Positions 24,690 through 35,839 of a stretch of DNA of 40,608 nt are shown here, one piece after another. The position numbers and the translations under genes were made by a program. The DNA is from Streblomastix strix. Taxonomy: Eukaryota. The notes beneath the pieces were generated by a model that saw only the letters and a program-made list of their open reading frames with translations, made no database searches and had not been told where the DNA came from. Where the stretch lies: contig SNRW01000022.1 in assembly GCA_008636045.1 (NCBI GenBank), positions 1 through 40,608 of the forward strand, in the 5' to 3' direction. Every line of letters begins with the position of its first letter. The first letter of the stretch is position 1.

Positions 24690-24872
24690 TTTCTCACTTC
24701 TGGCAGAATGGCAGGCTGGCAGCAGTTTTTGATGAAAATTTTTAACTCGATACACTCGATGCACCCAGTGCAGTCAATAGTCATTCATTAGCGACTCCAT
24801 TTTATCCTGCCAATTTCACAGATTTCATTGATGTTTTATGACTCGATTTACTCGGTGCAGTCAAACATTCAA
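24690..24872 (-). repeat. ~90-bp intergenic repeat, copy G (24690-24787) plus partial copy H (~24806-24872)
   Basis: TTCTGGCAGAATGGCAGGCTGGCAGCAGTTTTTGATGAAA...CTCGATGCACCCAGTGCAGTCAA, followed by GACTCGATTTACTCGGTGCAGTCAAA. Confidence 0.88.
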
Positions 24873-24986
24873 TGCTTTTCATTAATGTTTTTCATCAACA
24901 TATTCAACGATTTCATTAACAATTTTCATCAACCTACATAATTAACGACGCAAGTAGTTATTTGAAAAAGGAGAGTTCTATACATT

Positions 24987-25184
24987 TCAAGAATATCATT
25001 TAATAACGTTCATCACTAATCTACATCAATATCCATATCCAATCATGTTTTATTATAATTGTACATCATTAATCTTATCCAAAGTGATTATTTTTCTTTT
25101 ATATTATTTTATTATTATTATTTATTTTCAAAATTTTATTTTATTATTCAATGTGGAGGCATTCTCCTTTTTCACATAACTACT
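24987..25184 (-). repeat. Right terminal inverted repeat of element 1
   Basis: Reverse complement of 1017-1250 with an internal deletion; ends CACATAACTACT. Confidence 0.75.
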
Positions 25185-25284
25185 GATGAAAATAAATAAT
25201 TATAATCAATAATGAAAATAAAAAGTAATAATTAATAATTAAAAAGAAAATAAACACTTGGATAATATTATTGATGGATAATTA

Positions 25285-25690
25285 TAATATAACAAATAAA
25301 GAATATAAAAAGATTGAATAAGTAGCTTAAGATTTAACATGAATATTACGATGTGCTCCATGTGATGGTGGCTTAATATTTATAGTGAAATAATATGATG
25401 CAATCAACGAAAAATATAAAATTTAATACATGAATAAGATAGCAATATATGAACAATTATAGATGATTATCCTATGGAAAGAAAATTAAATAAATATATC
25501 ATTGAAATAAGTTTTCGAATAATTTAATTCATTATATATGATGAAACGTATTAGATTTATTAGTTATGACCCTGAAATATTCTGTATATTTTAACGTAAC
25601 AAATATTAATAATTGCTTATTGTTGATGAAGACTTCATTAACGATTATTTAAATTTAATATATGATACGATAGAAGGGAATTATGACGAT
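25285..25690 (+). pseudogene. Internal fragment of a primase-D5 helicase gene (element 1-like family)
   Basis: NITNKEYKKIEQVAQDLT*ILR...IFIVKQYD...IRFISYDPEIFCIFQ...DYLNLIYDTI aligns with KISNGEYECVEDIISDVTKIMR...FLFKQYD...VEFKSDDTDVFSMFQ...HYLDHIKQVI of 26231-28963. Confidence 0.72.
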
Positions 25691-26230
25691 GCTCATGGCA
25701 AGTGTGATTTTAGCAGTAATTTATGAAAAATAATCGGAAAAGTAATAGAAATTGAAATAATGCGTGAATTATCGGTAAAGTTGATGAAAAATGAGATAAG
25801 ATTAAATTTGACGAAAATAATTATTAATAATTGAAATTGAAAATGAGATGTGAAAAAATTGTTATAAGTGTTTGTGATGAATTTATTGGAAAAGTTTTGG
25901 TGACGTGGTGCTTGGTGCTCGAGGTCAAATGAGTTTATAAAAATGAAATTTAAAATGTATTTGACATGAGATAGTACGCTGTATGATATGTATTCGATGA
26001 AATAGTGCTTTATAAGAGAATTGACTGTAGATTATTGATTAAGTAAGAGATTTGACTATAGAATAAGAGTTTTGTAAGTTAAAACATGGTGCAAAAATAA
26101 TTTTCTTTATGAATTCCTATGTATTTCATTATAAGTATCGCTATGTTAAGTTGCATTAGAACCTCGTCATAATTCCTTTCCGTATAAAAGTAATAATTTT
26201 TAATGAATTTACTATGAAATTTGAATATCA

Positions 26231-28963
26231 TCATGTATTATAGTGTTCTTCATTAATCTCATTAATAATCACTTCGTTATCATCATCTTCAACATACTAT
26301 TCTAGCTCAACTATTTTATCTTCGTTAATCTTATATAATCTAATATATTTCTTAGCAATATGTTGACGTATAGTTTCATAATTTTTATGAATTTATAATC
26401 TGAAATTATCTAACTTAATAGAATCTGGGCAATATCGTTGTGCTTCATCACATAACCAATCAACTTTTAACTATTTGAAATATTAAATACAGAATCTATC
26501 AATGTCAATTAATGATACTTCGATAATTTCCTTTTTAGCCTCAGTCATTGAGATTATTCTATCGTCAAATTATGAAATATCTAATTTATGAAAGTAAGCT
26601 ATGAGATTATCATAGAAATCTTCTTGATTTATGTATTGAAACAGATTGTTGAAGTATTAAGTATTCTTCGTATATTTAGAATCACATTAACATACTAAGT
26701 ATCTTTTGTCATCTTGATCTAAGTGAACAGGATTTAAATGATTGGATACTAAAATGAAATTTAATAAGTTCTTTTCAACACATGAACTAGAGAATTTTGT
26801 ACGAATTTCTAATGTTGGATCTGTTATCAATGATTTTAACTTTTCAACTTCATGACCAATAGAAGAACTGAATGTTGTAAGCTCATTAAGCACTATAAAT
26901 ACTCTATTACTCAAGAAAGAATTGAATTAGCCAGTCACAAATGTTAATGAAGTAATATTTCTTAATGAATAACCAGATAATAACTAAGACAGTACATCAG
27001 TAAAAGTATTTTTACCACAGCCTTGTCCACCTCTTAATATTACTGATACACGTGTTTGTGATTCTGGATGCTATATTATCAATGCAACCCATTTCAAAAT
27101 GTATTCATAAACAGTTGTATCATTAGAAGATATTACTTATTTTATATGATCTAGATAATGTTGTATTAAATCTATGTTGATTTGCTCAAGTTCATGACAT
27201 TTCCACCCTTAAAACATAGAAAACACATCTGTATCATCACTTTTAAACTCAACTTTCTTAATTAAGAATATCTAATTACATGCGATAGCTAATTACAACA
27301 GTGTTTTAGACTTCTTTCTATTAAAATGTGCTGGAATCATGTTTAATATATCTTATGCACTTGATTTACTTTTCCAAATGAAAATATATTTCTTTTCAAG
27401 ATTATCGTATTATTTGAATAAGAATGTTACAGTATCAGAGTGTATATATCTCATTATCTTAGTCACATCAGATATAATATCTTCAACACACTCATATTCT
27501 CCATTACTAATCTTAGTTTATATATCTGCTAACTCAAATTAATCATATAAATCAATGTTATTTACTGTAATTTTTGCTAGATCAATGATATCATCATCAT
27601 TGTTAGATTTACTACTTGATTGTGATTTATTATCGTCTGATTCACGAAGTGAACCAGTGAATCTTTGATTTTCAGATTTAACTTCAGGCTTCGCTCTGTC
27701 GTAGACAGTTGGTAAGTATTCACTATTGTAATACTCTTCATTAGTTAATCTAACTAATTTCTCTATGTAATGAGGTGTTCATGATCTTTCAGCAAGTCTA
27801 ATACGAGTTCTATCGAAGTTTGATCTAGCTTTGATAATTAGATCTTGAATTTAACTAATTTTATTATAAGCTTCATTAATCCACTGTAGATCAACATCAG
27901 CAATAGCTTTCATTACATTAACTGATGAAAATAACTTAAATAGAGTTGTTTTTTTCTCTGATTTAGCAGCATAATTATGAATAATTAGATTGTTAAGACT
28001 ATTTATTAATATATCAGCTTATTATTTCGTCATATTAACATCTTAACTAGCTTTATCATCTTATTCTGATTATTCGTGGTATTTTATAAGCTCAATATCA
28101 AATCCAAGTACTTAAAATACTTATGATATGAGGTTTAGATCTTTCTTTTTATCAAATTTTATTTTCGCATTTCCTAACTTCTCGTACTTAAATACTTGAT
28201 TTGGTTACTTTGGTTATTATTTCTTAGTTATTGTATTATATTCAAAGTCTTTGATTCTTGAATCAGGTAAAACAATACATCTCTTACTTTCATTGTAATC
28301 TACACAAGCAAATATATCTACATCGTATTTCTCAGTGGTTATTTTTTTAACAATTGAATTCCTAGCAAATAAAATTAGAGGATCCATATTACAATATATA
28401 TGTAAACCTCCATGACCAGTTTTAACTAAGGCTACGTTTAATTCTGATTGATAAATCTTCTCTAAGAGTTCATTTCTTACGAGATTTCTCTCTTCTTCAC
28501 TTAGTTTCTTATTAATATCTATATCAACAATAGCTAAGTATGGGCAATCAGCAATATTTATAGCTTATCCAGTAATTTTCCTAGTTTTTACTGGTTTTTC
28601 CTACTCATCATCTTCTAATGGAGTAATTTCATCGTTTAATTTCTTGAAATCATATAATTATTTCAATTTCTCGGAAATTCGTGAAATAATTTCTTTTGAT
28701 GTATAATAATAGTTATCTTCCGTCAGAACAAGAAGATAACCTAAAAACCTAGAAGATATGTATATATTACATACTTCTACTGAATCATTATTATGTGATT
28801 CAACTTCTTCAAGTATCTTATTATAGTCAAAATTCAATCTATCAGCCATTTTAAAGTAGAATACAGTTATTTAATCATGTTCTTATGGAGAATAATCAGT
28901 GATTTTTGATCTGATTTGTAATTCATTGGGAGATAATTATGAGACTTTTTAACTTTGTGCCAT
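26231..28963 (-). pseudogene. Primase-polymerase (AEP) fused to D5-like superfamily 3 helicase (~910 aa, internal TGA at 27779)
   Basis: AEP motifs AIVDIDIN and VKTGHGGLHIY. Helicase motifs GGQGCGKNT (Walker A), FIVLNE (Walker B), KLKSLITD, FILVSNH and DDKRY. Start and stop are in one frame. Confidence 0.92.
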
Positions 28964-29280
28964 TTTGCTATCTACCTAAAATGATGTTTTTAAAAAAAGT
29001 TTAATTAAAAATAGTAAAAAAAATAATAAAAAAAGAAATATATAATTTTAATAAAAAAATGGAAATTAATTATATTTAATAATAAATAAGAATTTAAAAG
29101 ACCTCGAGCACCAAGCACCGAGCTACCTCAAATTAATTTTAATTTTCCTATTTTTAACTAACTTAATATATTTAATATTGGATCATTAATAATTATTAAT
29201 TACGCAAATGAAATTATTTGATTTTCCATGTTTGTAATTTACAAAATTAATTTTAAAAAGCATATTTTATTTTTCCATGC

Positions 29281-31282
29281 TCATCCACTTCTTATCATAG
29301 TTCCACCAACTTCACCAATGATTTCAAAGTTTAAAACCTATGGATCAGGTGCATCATCAAAAGTAAATCTAATGATAGCATCACAGAGATAGTGCATCTA
29401 GGGAGTTATCTAAGTATATGTTGGAGTAGGAAATGCTCTTGTTGCAATAAATGAAATCAGATTGTTTTGATTTTCATATTCAGCGAATTTAATCAACTCA
29501 GTACCAACAATTCCTTCTGTTAAACTACCTGTAAGAGAGACTTAAATATTAGTTCTTGCACCCATTTTAGACGCATTATAACCTCTCATGAATGAATCAT
29601 CAGTTGCCATCTTCCATACAAACATGAATTTATGAGGATAATATATTTTTATTGCTTTACTTCCTCTAAATAACGTAGTATTATAGAAGATATTCTCTCT
29701 GTCTATAATTATTACCTATATATCCATCGTAATCACCGTTTGATTCATTTATTGTTTGATTTTGGAAATTCAAGGAATGATATAAATCTTACGGTGCAGA
29801 AACTAACTCTTATTCAACAAAGCATTCGAACATCTATGAAGTGACAGTTGGATTCAACGATACATATTCTTATTAAATTAGATGTCGCTGATCAATTTCC
29901 AAATTGAATCTCTAAAATAACTCTGGATAAAACCAAGTTGGATATTAATTCATAGCAAATGTAATAAACATAGCTTTTATGTTAGAATATGACATTATAC
30001 TTTACATAGAACAACCAGTAGCTACGAATCCTCGAAATGGGAAATTAGTTGATTATGTACGTATAATTTACGTTGGGAAATTCAATATTTTTTGAGTTCT
30101 TATCATATCAATGACAGCTTCTTCATTCTCCATATTGAAATCAACCTTAATAATATCTAAATTATTGAATCTAGCATCCTTAATTTGACTTAATGAATTT
30201 GTAGGTCATCTATCAGCAGCTAGTTTTCCTTCCATATTAACAATTCTTACGTTAAATTTACCATATATTTATTCATGTATATAGGTTAATGAGTCAGTGA
30301 TTGGAGTAATTTATGATATGATGAGAGTATTTAATAAATGTATTATATCTGGCTTCTCTGGTGGAATCATTTAATAAGCAAGATGATCATTTGTTACTGG
30401 ATTATACTTATTAAACCATACAACTTTCAAATCTTAAAAGAAATCTTACGTCCATAACTATAAATATAGCGATGCATAATTACGTGTTAACACTGGAAAT
30501 GAATTGAAAATAGGACTTAACTAGTTCAAATCAAGTACTCCTGCAATTGTTATGTCTTCTGGAATCTTATAATTAAATGCACCTGCAATTGTAGCAATCT
30601 TTGAAACAGGAATATCTAAGAAGATTCCACAATGTCTTCTTCCTCTAACTATTGATTCTAATGATGATGCACTGACTGAATTGTTTGTACATAAATCTGA
30701 TAATGAATTTGCAGCTATAACAGCTTATTCTCTAGCATAAATCGATGTTTCCCATAGTTTTGTATTATCTTTACAGATTGCTATTTATTAAAGTGGTCCA
30801 CAAGCTGTTGAATATCCAATCCATAACTTAATATGTTCATCAGAATTAATTGGTTATAATGTTGGTCCATCTCCGCATTACATAGTTCGAGCCCAATCTG
30901 CTTAAGGATCAGCTTGATCATTAAAATTTACTATTGTTCTAGCGTTATCTTCAGTGTCAATATTTGCTGGAAGAGCTGTTTAATTAATTTGTAATGCTAA
31001 TCTATTTCCCGGAATAATTATTTGCCAACTAACTTAACATGATTAAGCCATTGAACAAGTAGTATTACCTCTTGCACCTAATGGTGCTCTAGAATATCTT
31101 TATCCATCATTTGTTAGTTAAAATACAGGTTATTCAAAGAATTCTTATCTACTAAGTTAGAAATTCTATGGATGAATTGATTGTTATCTTAATACTTCTG
31201 ACATTGCTGAATAAGTAGATATATAATCAGAATGCTAAACACGAACTAATTTTTATATATAATCACTTGCTGAGAAACTCAT
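29281..31282 (-). pseudogene. Putative double jelly-roll major capsid protein (~665 aa, disrupted)
   Basis: WIGYSTACGPLQQIAICKDN, RRHCGIFLDIP and LDLNQLSPIFNSFPVLTRNYASLYLQLW are collinear with motifs in 11410-13122. Length is not a multiple of 3, implying a frameshift. Confidence 0.62.
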
Positions 31283-31366
31283 TAAGTTTTGATTTACTAA
31301 GAATTTAAAACAGTAAGTAAGTTTTATTATTTAAACAAATACACCATTAAGAAAGTTAAATTCAAT

Positions 31367-31573
31367 ATGGGATTCTTCACTGGTTTGAAAAATTTCGGAA
31401 GTAAGATATTAGATGGTATTAAGAAAGTTGCTGGTTTGGTTGCTCCAACATTACTTAAAGTAATGGGCACTTTAAGTGGATCAGTAAGTGTTTTACATCC
31501 TGGAGCTGGATAGATCATGAATACTGTCGGTAATATCGCTGGAGGAACAGATAGGCATTTAAATAAGAGATGA
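31367..31573 (+). CDS. 68-aa amphipathic peptide, adenovirus protein VI-like membrane-lytic candidate
   Basis: MGFFTGLKNFGSKILDGIKKVAGLVAPTLLKVMGTLSGSVSVLHPGAGQIMNTVGNIAGGTDRHLNKR*. Intact, divergently oriented from the MCP gene. Confidence 0.75.
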
Positions 31574-31631
31574 TATTAAAATTAATAACAAAAAATACAA
31601 TATAATTATTTTTCTTATAATAAACTCATCA

Positions 31632-31865
31632 ATGGAAGATTTATATTACTTTGCTTAAACATTAGGAAAAGAACATAATGCTTCTGATTATGAAGTGTTT
31701 AAAATATTTGAGACATTGATTGATGATAAGGAATTAGATGATTTTCAATAATAGTACTATGATTAAAAAAAATAAGAATGTGAAAGATTTGGCATTCTTA
31801 TAGAAAAAACTTGTGAAATCATAGGTTATCTTCAATATTTAGATACGCTAAGCTAAGTTAATTGA
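31632..31865 (+). CDS. Hypothetical protein, 77 aa
   Basis: Intact code-6 frame MEDLYYFAQTLGKEHNASDYEVFKIFETLIDD...; no family recognised. Confidence 0.45.
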
Positions 31866-31889
31866 TAATATGCACAAAATAGTTAATTA

Positions 31890-32281
31890 TCATTATCTGT
31901 AACAAATTAATTATATATCTATTTTTCATCATCAGTTGCTTCAGATATAATATATTTCTTTATTTATTATGGTTGTTGATTCAAATCCATTTTCTTCTTG
32001 ATTTGATTATATTCATTAGCATAGTACTTATTATTCTCATCATATATTTAATTTTTATAGTCTTCATCATCAACAAATTATTTCATAGATTATAATTTAC
32101 TCTATTATATTGTGAATTACATACTAATTCTTATTAATTCTTTAAGTAATATATGTTATAAATCTTATTTACTTTTCATCAGCTGATTTTATAGTGTTTC
32201 AATCGTTGTTCTTATTAAATCTTCATCTTCATAGTTTGTTTTTGCAAGTTCAGTGAATAATTATTTAAGTTGTTTTGACAT
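31890..32281 (-). pseudogene. Hypothetical coiled-coil protein (disrupted)
   Basis: MSKQLKQLFTELAKTNYEDEDLIRTTIETLQNQL...; the frame breaks mid-gene. Confidence 0.4.
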
Positions 32282-32319
32282 GTTTCTAAGAAAAATAAAT
32301 TAAACAATATTAAGATTCT

Positions 32320-34290
32320 TCATGGAGGAATTGATCCTAATGTTATTGATCTAGCACGCCAGCATATATTAGTTCCATTACTATAGAATCCGCCCGTTGT
32401 ATCTACACTATTTATACCCCATAATATTGGATTACCAGCAGAATAATTAACTGATCCACTGCTTGCACTACCAGTTGTACCAGTTCCAGCAATAATTGAT
32501 CCATTGAAAGATAATGTATTTCCATCTGCTGATATTTATAATCCTCAAGTGTTATCACCAGCTTAAGCTGCTACCGCTATTACAAGACTTTAAGGATTAT
32601 TTATAGCTGTATTTGGTAGTGTAAATATTAACCATTATCCTACAATAGCACCAATGTTTGATGTTCTACTACATCCTATCTAAATTGATGAATTACCTGA
32701 ATTTTCACCAGATTTAGCTATTCTCAAACCATCATCATAACTAGTTGCTGTAGGATTTATTTACATACTATCATTTTAAGTAAATTTAGCATTATTTATT
32801 GTTTCAGTATTTTATTATAAATTTGGAATTAAATCTTCTTTTGTTGTAAAATCACTTGGTAAAGTAGCCACAATTTAATTAGTAAGCATATCAGATACTA
32901 CAGGAGACCCATACATTGTTTAGCTTAATAAATCAATTCTTCCCTCATAACCTTAATAATTTCCAACAGTCATCCATAATTCTCCATATTTACTTAAACC
33001 TGTCCCATAATATAACATTGTCGGTAATCTAAATGATGTTGGAGCTACTTACTATAAATAGTGATAAATTATTGTTTTTAATCCTGTAGGATCATATGTA
33101 ACATGCACCTTTAGTTCAATAAAATTATTTCTAGAATAAAATTTAAATTCTACATTAATATCTCCATAATTATTATATGCTTCAAATCTACATAATTTTA
33201 TAAATTTTGCTGTTGCTCCGACAACTTATGGAAAACTTTAAGATTTAGTACTGTTTTTGTTTGTTGTATCACCATTAGCGCATAGTATTTCACTTGCTAA
33301 TCCTCCAGTTTTAAAGAACTTAGTTGCTGTTATATTACTATCATAAGTCAATTACTATGGATGAACATGATCATTTCTGCAATAATAATCACTAGTGCCA
33401 TTACTAGCAGCTGATGCATTGACTAGTGGTACATTAGTAATAGTTGGATCAATATTTAATGGATGTTAATGATCAGATCTAGCATAATAATTAAAACTGC
33501 CATTGACACCAGTTCCTCTATCTTTCATTGGCTTATTTGTTACAGTTGGATCTGTATTTAACATATGCTAGTGATCATCTCTAGAATATGAAGTTGATGT
33601 TCCAATTGCACCTGTTGCACTATCTCTTTACGGTATATTCTCTGATACTTATAGTGGATATTAATGATCTCCACGAGAATACTCAGTTGAAGTTCCTACA
33701 ACTCAAGTTCCACTATCAATTAATGGATTAGCATCACATGCAGGAGTTACTTAATCAGGAACTATATCTCCACTGTTATACCAATTCTAATCATACATCC
33801 ATACAGTTCCACTTTCAGCTGAGAAAGCAAAATCACCATTGGCAGAATTAGGCAAATTTTATATATCTGTGTTCAATAAATAGTATCCTCTAAAATGTGT
33901 TTCTCTATTAAATTCTTCATTAATTACATTAATTTATTATTATAAACCACCAATATCTTAAGTTTCTGTTGCCAATATCTATTATAATACGTTAACTTCT
34001 TATTCTAACGTAGTTATTTTACCTAAGAAATCATTATTTAATAAATTTATATTCTTCAATGTCATAACACCATTAGTTTCAAGTTTCATTGCGTAATTCT
34101 AAGTATTATCTATTGGTGCATATATTAATGAGTTTTAATCATCTATTGTTAAATAATATTCACTTCTTGATAATTAACTGCTAGAACTTGATGATTTCCT
34201 TGAATATTATATCAAATATTGGAAATCTGATTATATTAATGAACGAATAACTTAGATCTATTATTAACTTAAGGTTTTAGCTAATGTCAT
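32320..34290 (-). pseudogene. Phage-tail-fibre-like protein with four R-x-D-H-x-(H)-(P) repeats (internal TGAs at 33703 and 32545)
   Basis: N-terminal coiled coil, then GTSTEYSRGDHQYP, GTSTSYSRDDHQHM, GSFNYYARSDHQHP and GTSDYYCRNDHVHP, then ITATKFFKTGG..EILCANG and beta-rich C-terminal domains. One 657-codon frame. Confidence 0.72.
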
Positions 34291-34316
34291 ATTTGAATAA
34301 AGAAAAATAAATATAA

Positions 34317-35387
34317 TCATATAATTTATTATTGATTCTTTAGTATTTCGTAACGACTTTAATATTTATTAAGTATTATGAATTCATATTTATTAAGAGT
34401 ACCATACAGTAACATAAACTTATCAAAGTCAAGATTCTAAATAGAATTCTCTTCATAAGCTTGTTTTAAATCACTTTCAGATAGATTAACTCCTAAACAC
34501 ATAAAATGAGATAATATTCTTGCTGTTTTGAATAAGTAACTTGGAAGTTAAGCAACAAAGAAAACAGTATTTTTGTTATGGCGAGAATCGGAAACTAAAT
34601 GAGTTATTGTCTTTGATAATCCTGAAGAGAATCTTTAGATATCAGCATTACTTCCTATGTCATCAAATATTAACGATGAATTTAACAGTAAACTATGAAA
34701 TAATATAGGAATCTTCGTAATTTTTAATTCAGCATCACTATCATCTTATGATATTTCTATTTTCCTCTCGAATTATACGTTATGAATCATAGCAGGAATA
34801 GTAAATCTCATTATCATTGTTGGAACACTATATTTCGTTATGATATTGATACATTCTTAACTAAATATCTTAGCAATTCTTCTTGCATAATCCTTAGATT
34901 TTTCTAATTATTATTCAGGTGATGCAGAAGCAATTCGTGATGGATTCTATTTTATTGGATTCATTATTAATATTCTTTCTTTCATTCTCTATATATAATC
35001 AGATTTGTACGATACACTTACTTCACTTAACTTCCAATATGTATATATTTCTTTAACTTAATATTTAATTTCATCAAATTAAGGAAGAAAATCCATAGCT
35101 TCTTCATATAATATATTAGTCAATACGATATTCTTAGAGTTTAGATTCAATGCCATAGTTTCATCAGCACCAAAATTAGAGAAATATAAAATGAATGGAT
35201 TGATTTTTTATTTGTAAATTACTATTAATTTACTTAATAAAGTTGTTTTTCCTGAACCAACTGCACCAACTATATAATGATTACTATTGATTAAGAATAA
35301 TGAATTCCTTGTCAATGGCTTGGTTTTATATTCATATAACATAGAATTATTAGTGAAAGTCACAGATTATATCTCGGATAACGTCAT
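34317..35387 (-). CDS. A32-like FtsK/HerA DNA packaging ATPase (356 aa)
   Basis: Walker A VGAVGSGKTT, Walker B LIFDDIG, and arginine finger/sensor DSRHNKNTVFFVAQ. Start and stop are in frame. Confidence 0.9.
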
Positions 35388-35839
35388 TATATTTATAATA
35401 AAACAAACGTATGTTAAATATAATAATAATTATTATTAATTCTTTATTTTATGGAGTTAACTTCATTGTATCTATAATATCATTATCAATTCCTAAGTAA
35501 CTAACAGACATTATTGCATTAACAAAATAATTATGGAATTATTTTGATGTGATTCTAGTTCCAATTAATGTAATTATATAAATATTTCAATTCATTTATC
35601 GTAGAAGAAAGAAATTAAAGATGGAATCATAAGATAAACCAAATATTAATTAAGTAAGTTATTTTCATTGGTCCAAGTATTCAAATGAATAAATTGAAGA
35701 TTTCATTAAAGAAGCAATAGAAAAATAAGATGAGGATCTTGCTAAGATGTGGAGATACATCCTGTATTTAAAGCTATTGAATCTTAAAACATATGATAAT
35801 ATGTCAGACAGTCAGTGAATAGATAACGAAGTTGTCCGC

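Larger units (their letters stand above)
1017..25184. mobile_element. Maverick/Polinton endogenous virus, element 1 (~24.2 kb, degenerate, with nested transposons)
   Basis: Inverted termini AGTAGTTATGTGAAAAA (1017) and TTTTTCACATAACTACT (25184) enclose pPolB, rve-type integrase, packaging ATPase, putative MCP, primase-polymerase and KilA-N. No matching target-site duplication (AACTAC vs GATGAA), so the exact limits are less certain than the element class. Confidence 0.85.

Noticed and set aside
1011..25190. 6-bp target-site duplication for element 1
   Set aside because: The flanks AACTAC and GATGAA do not match, so no duplication is claimed.
35451..35797. Possible small plus-strand gene between the ATPase and fibre genes
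   Set aside because: The frame is broken and no motif was recognised. It may be a real decayed gene but cannot be supported from the sequence alone.
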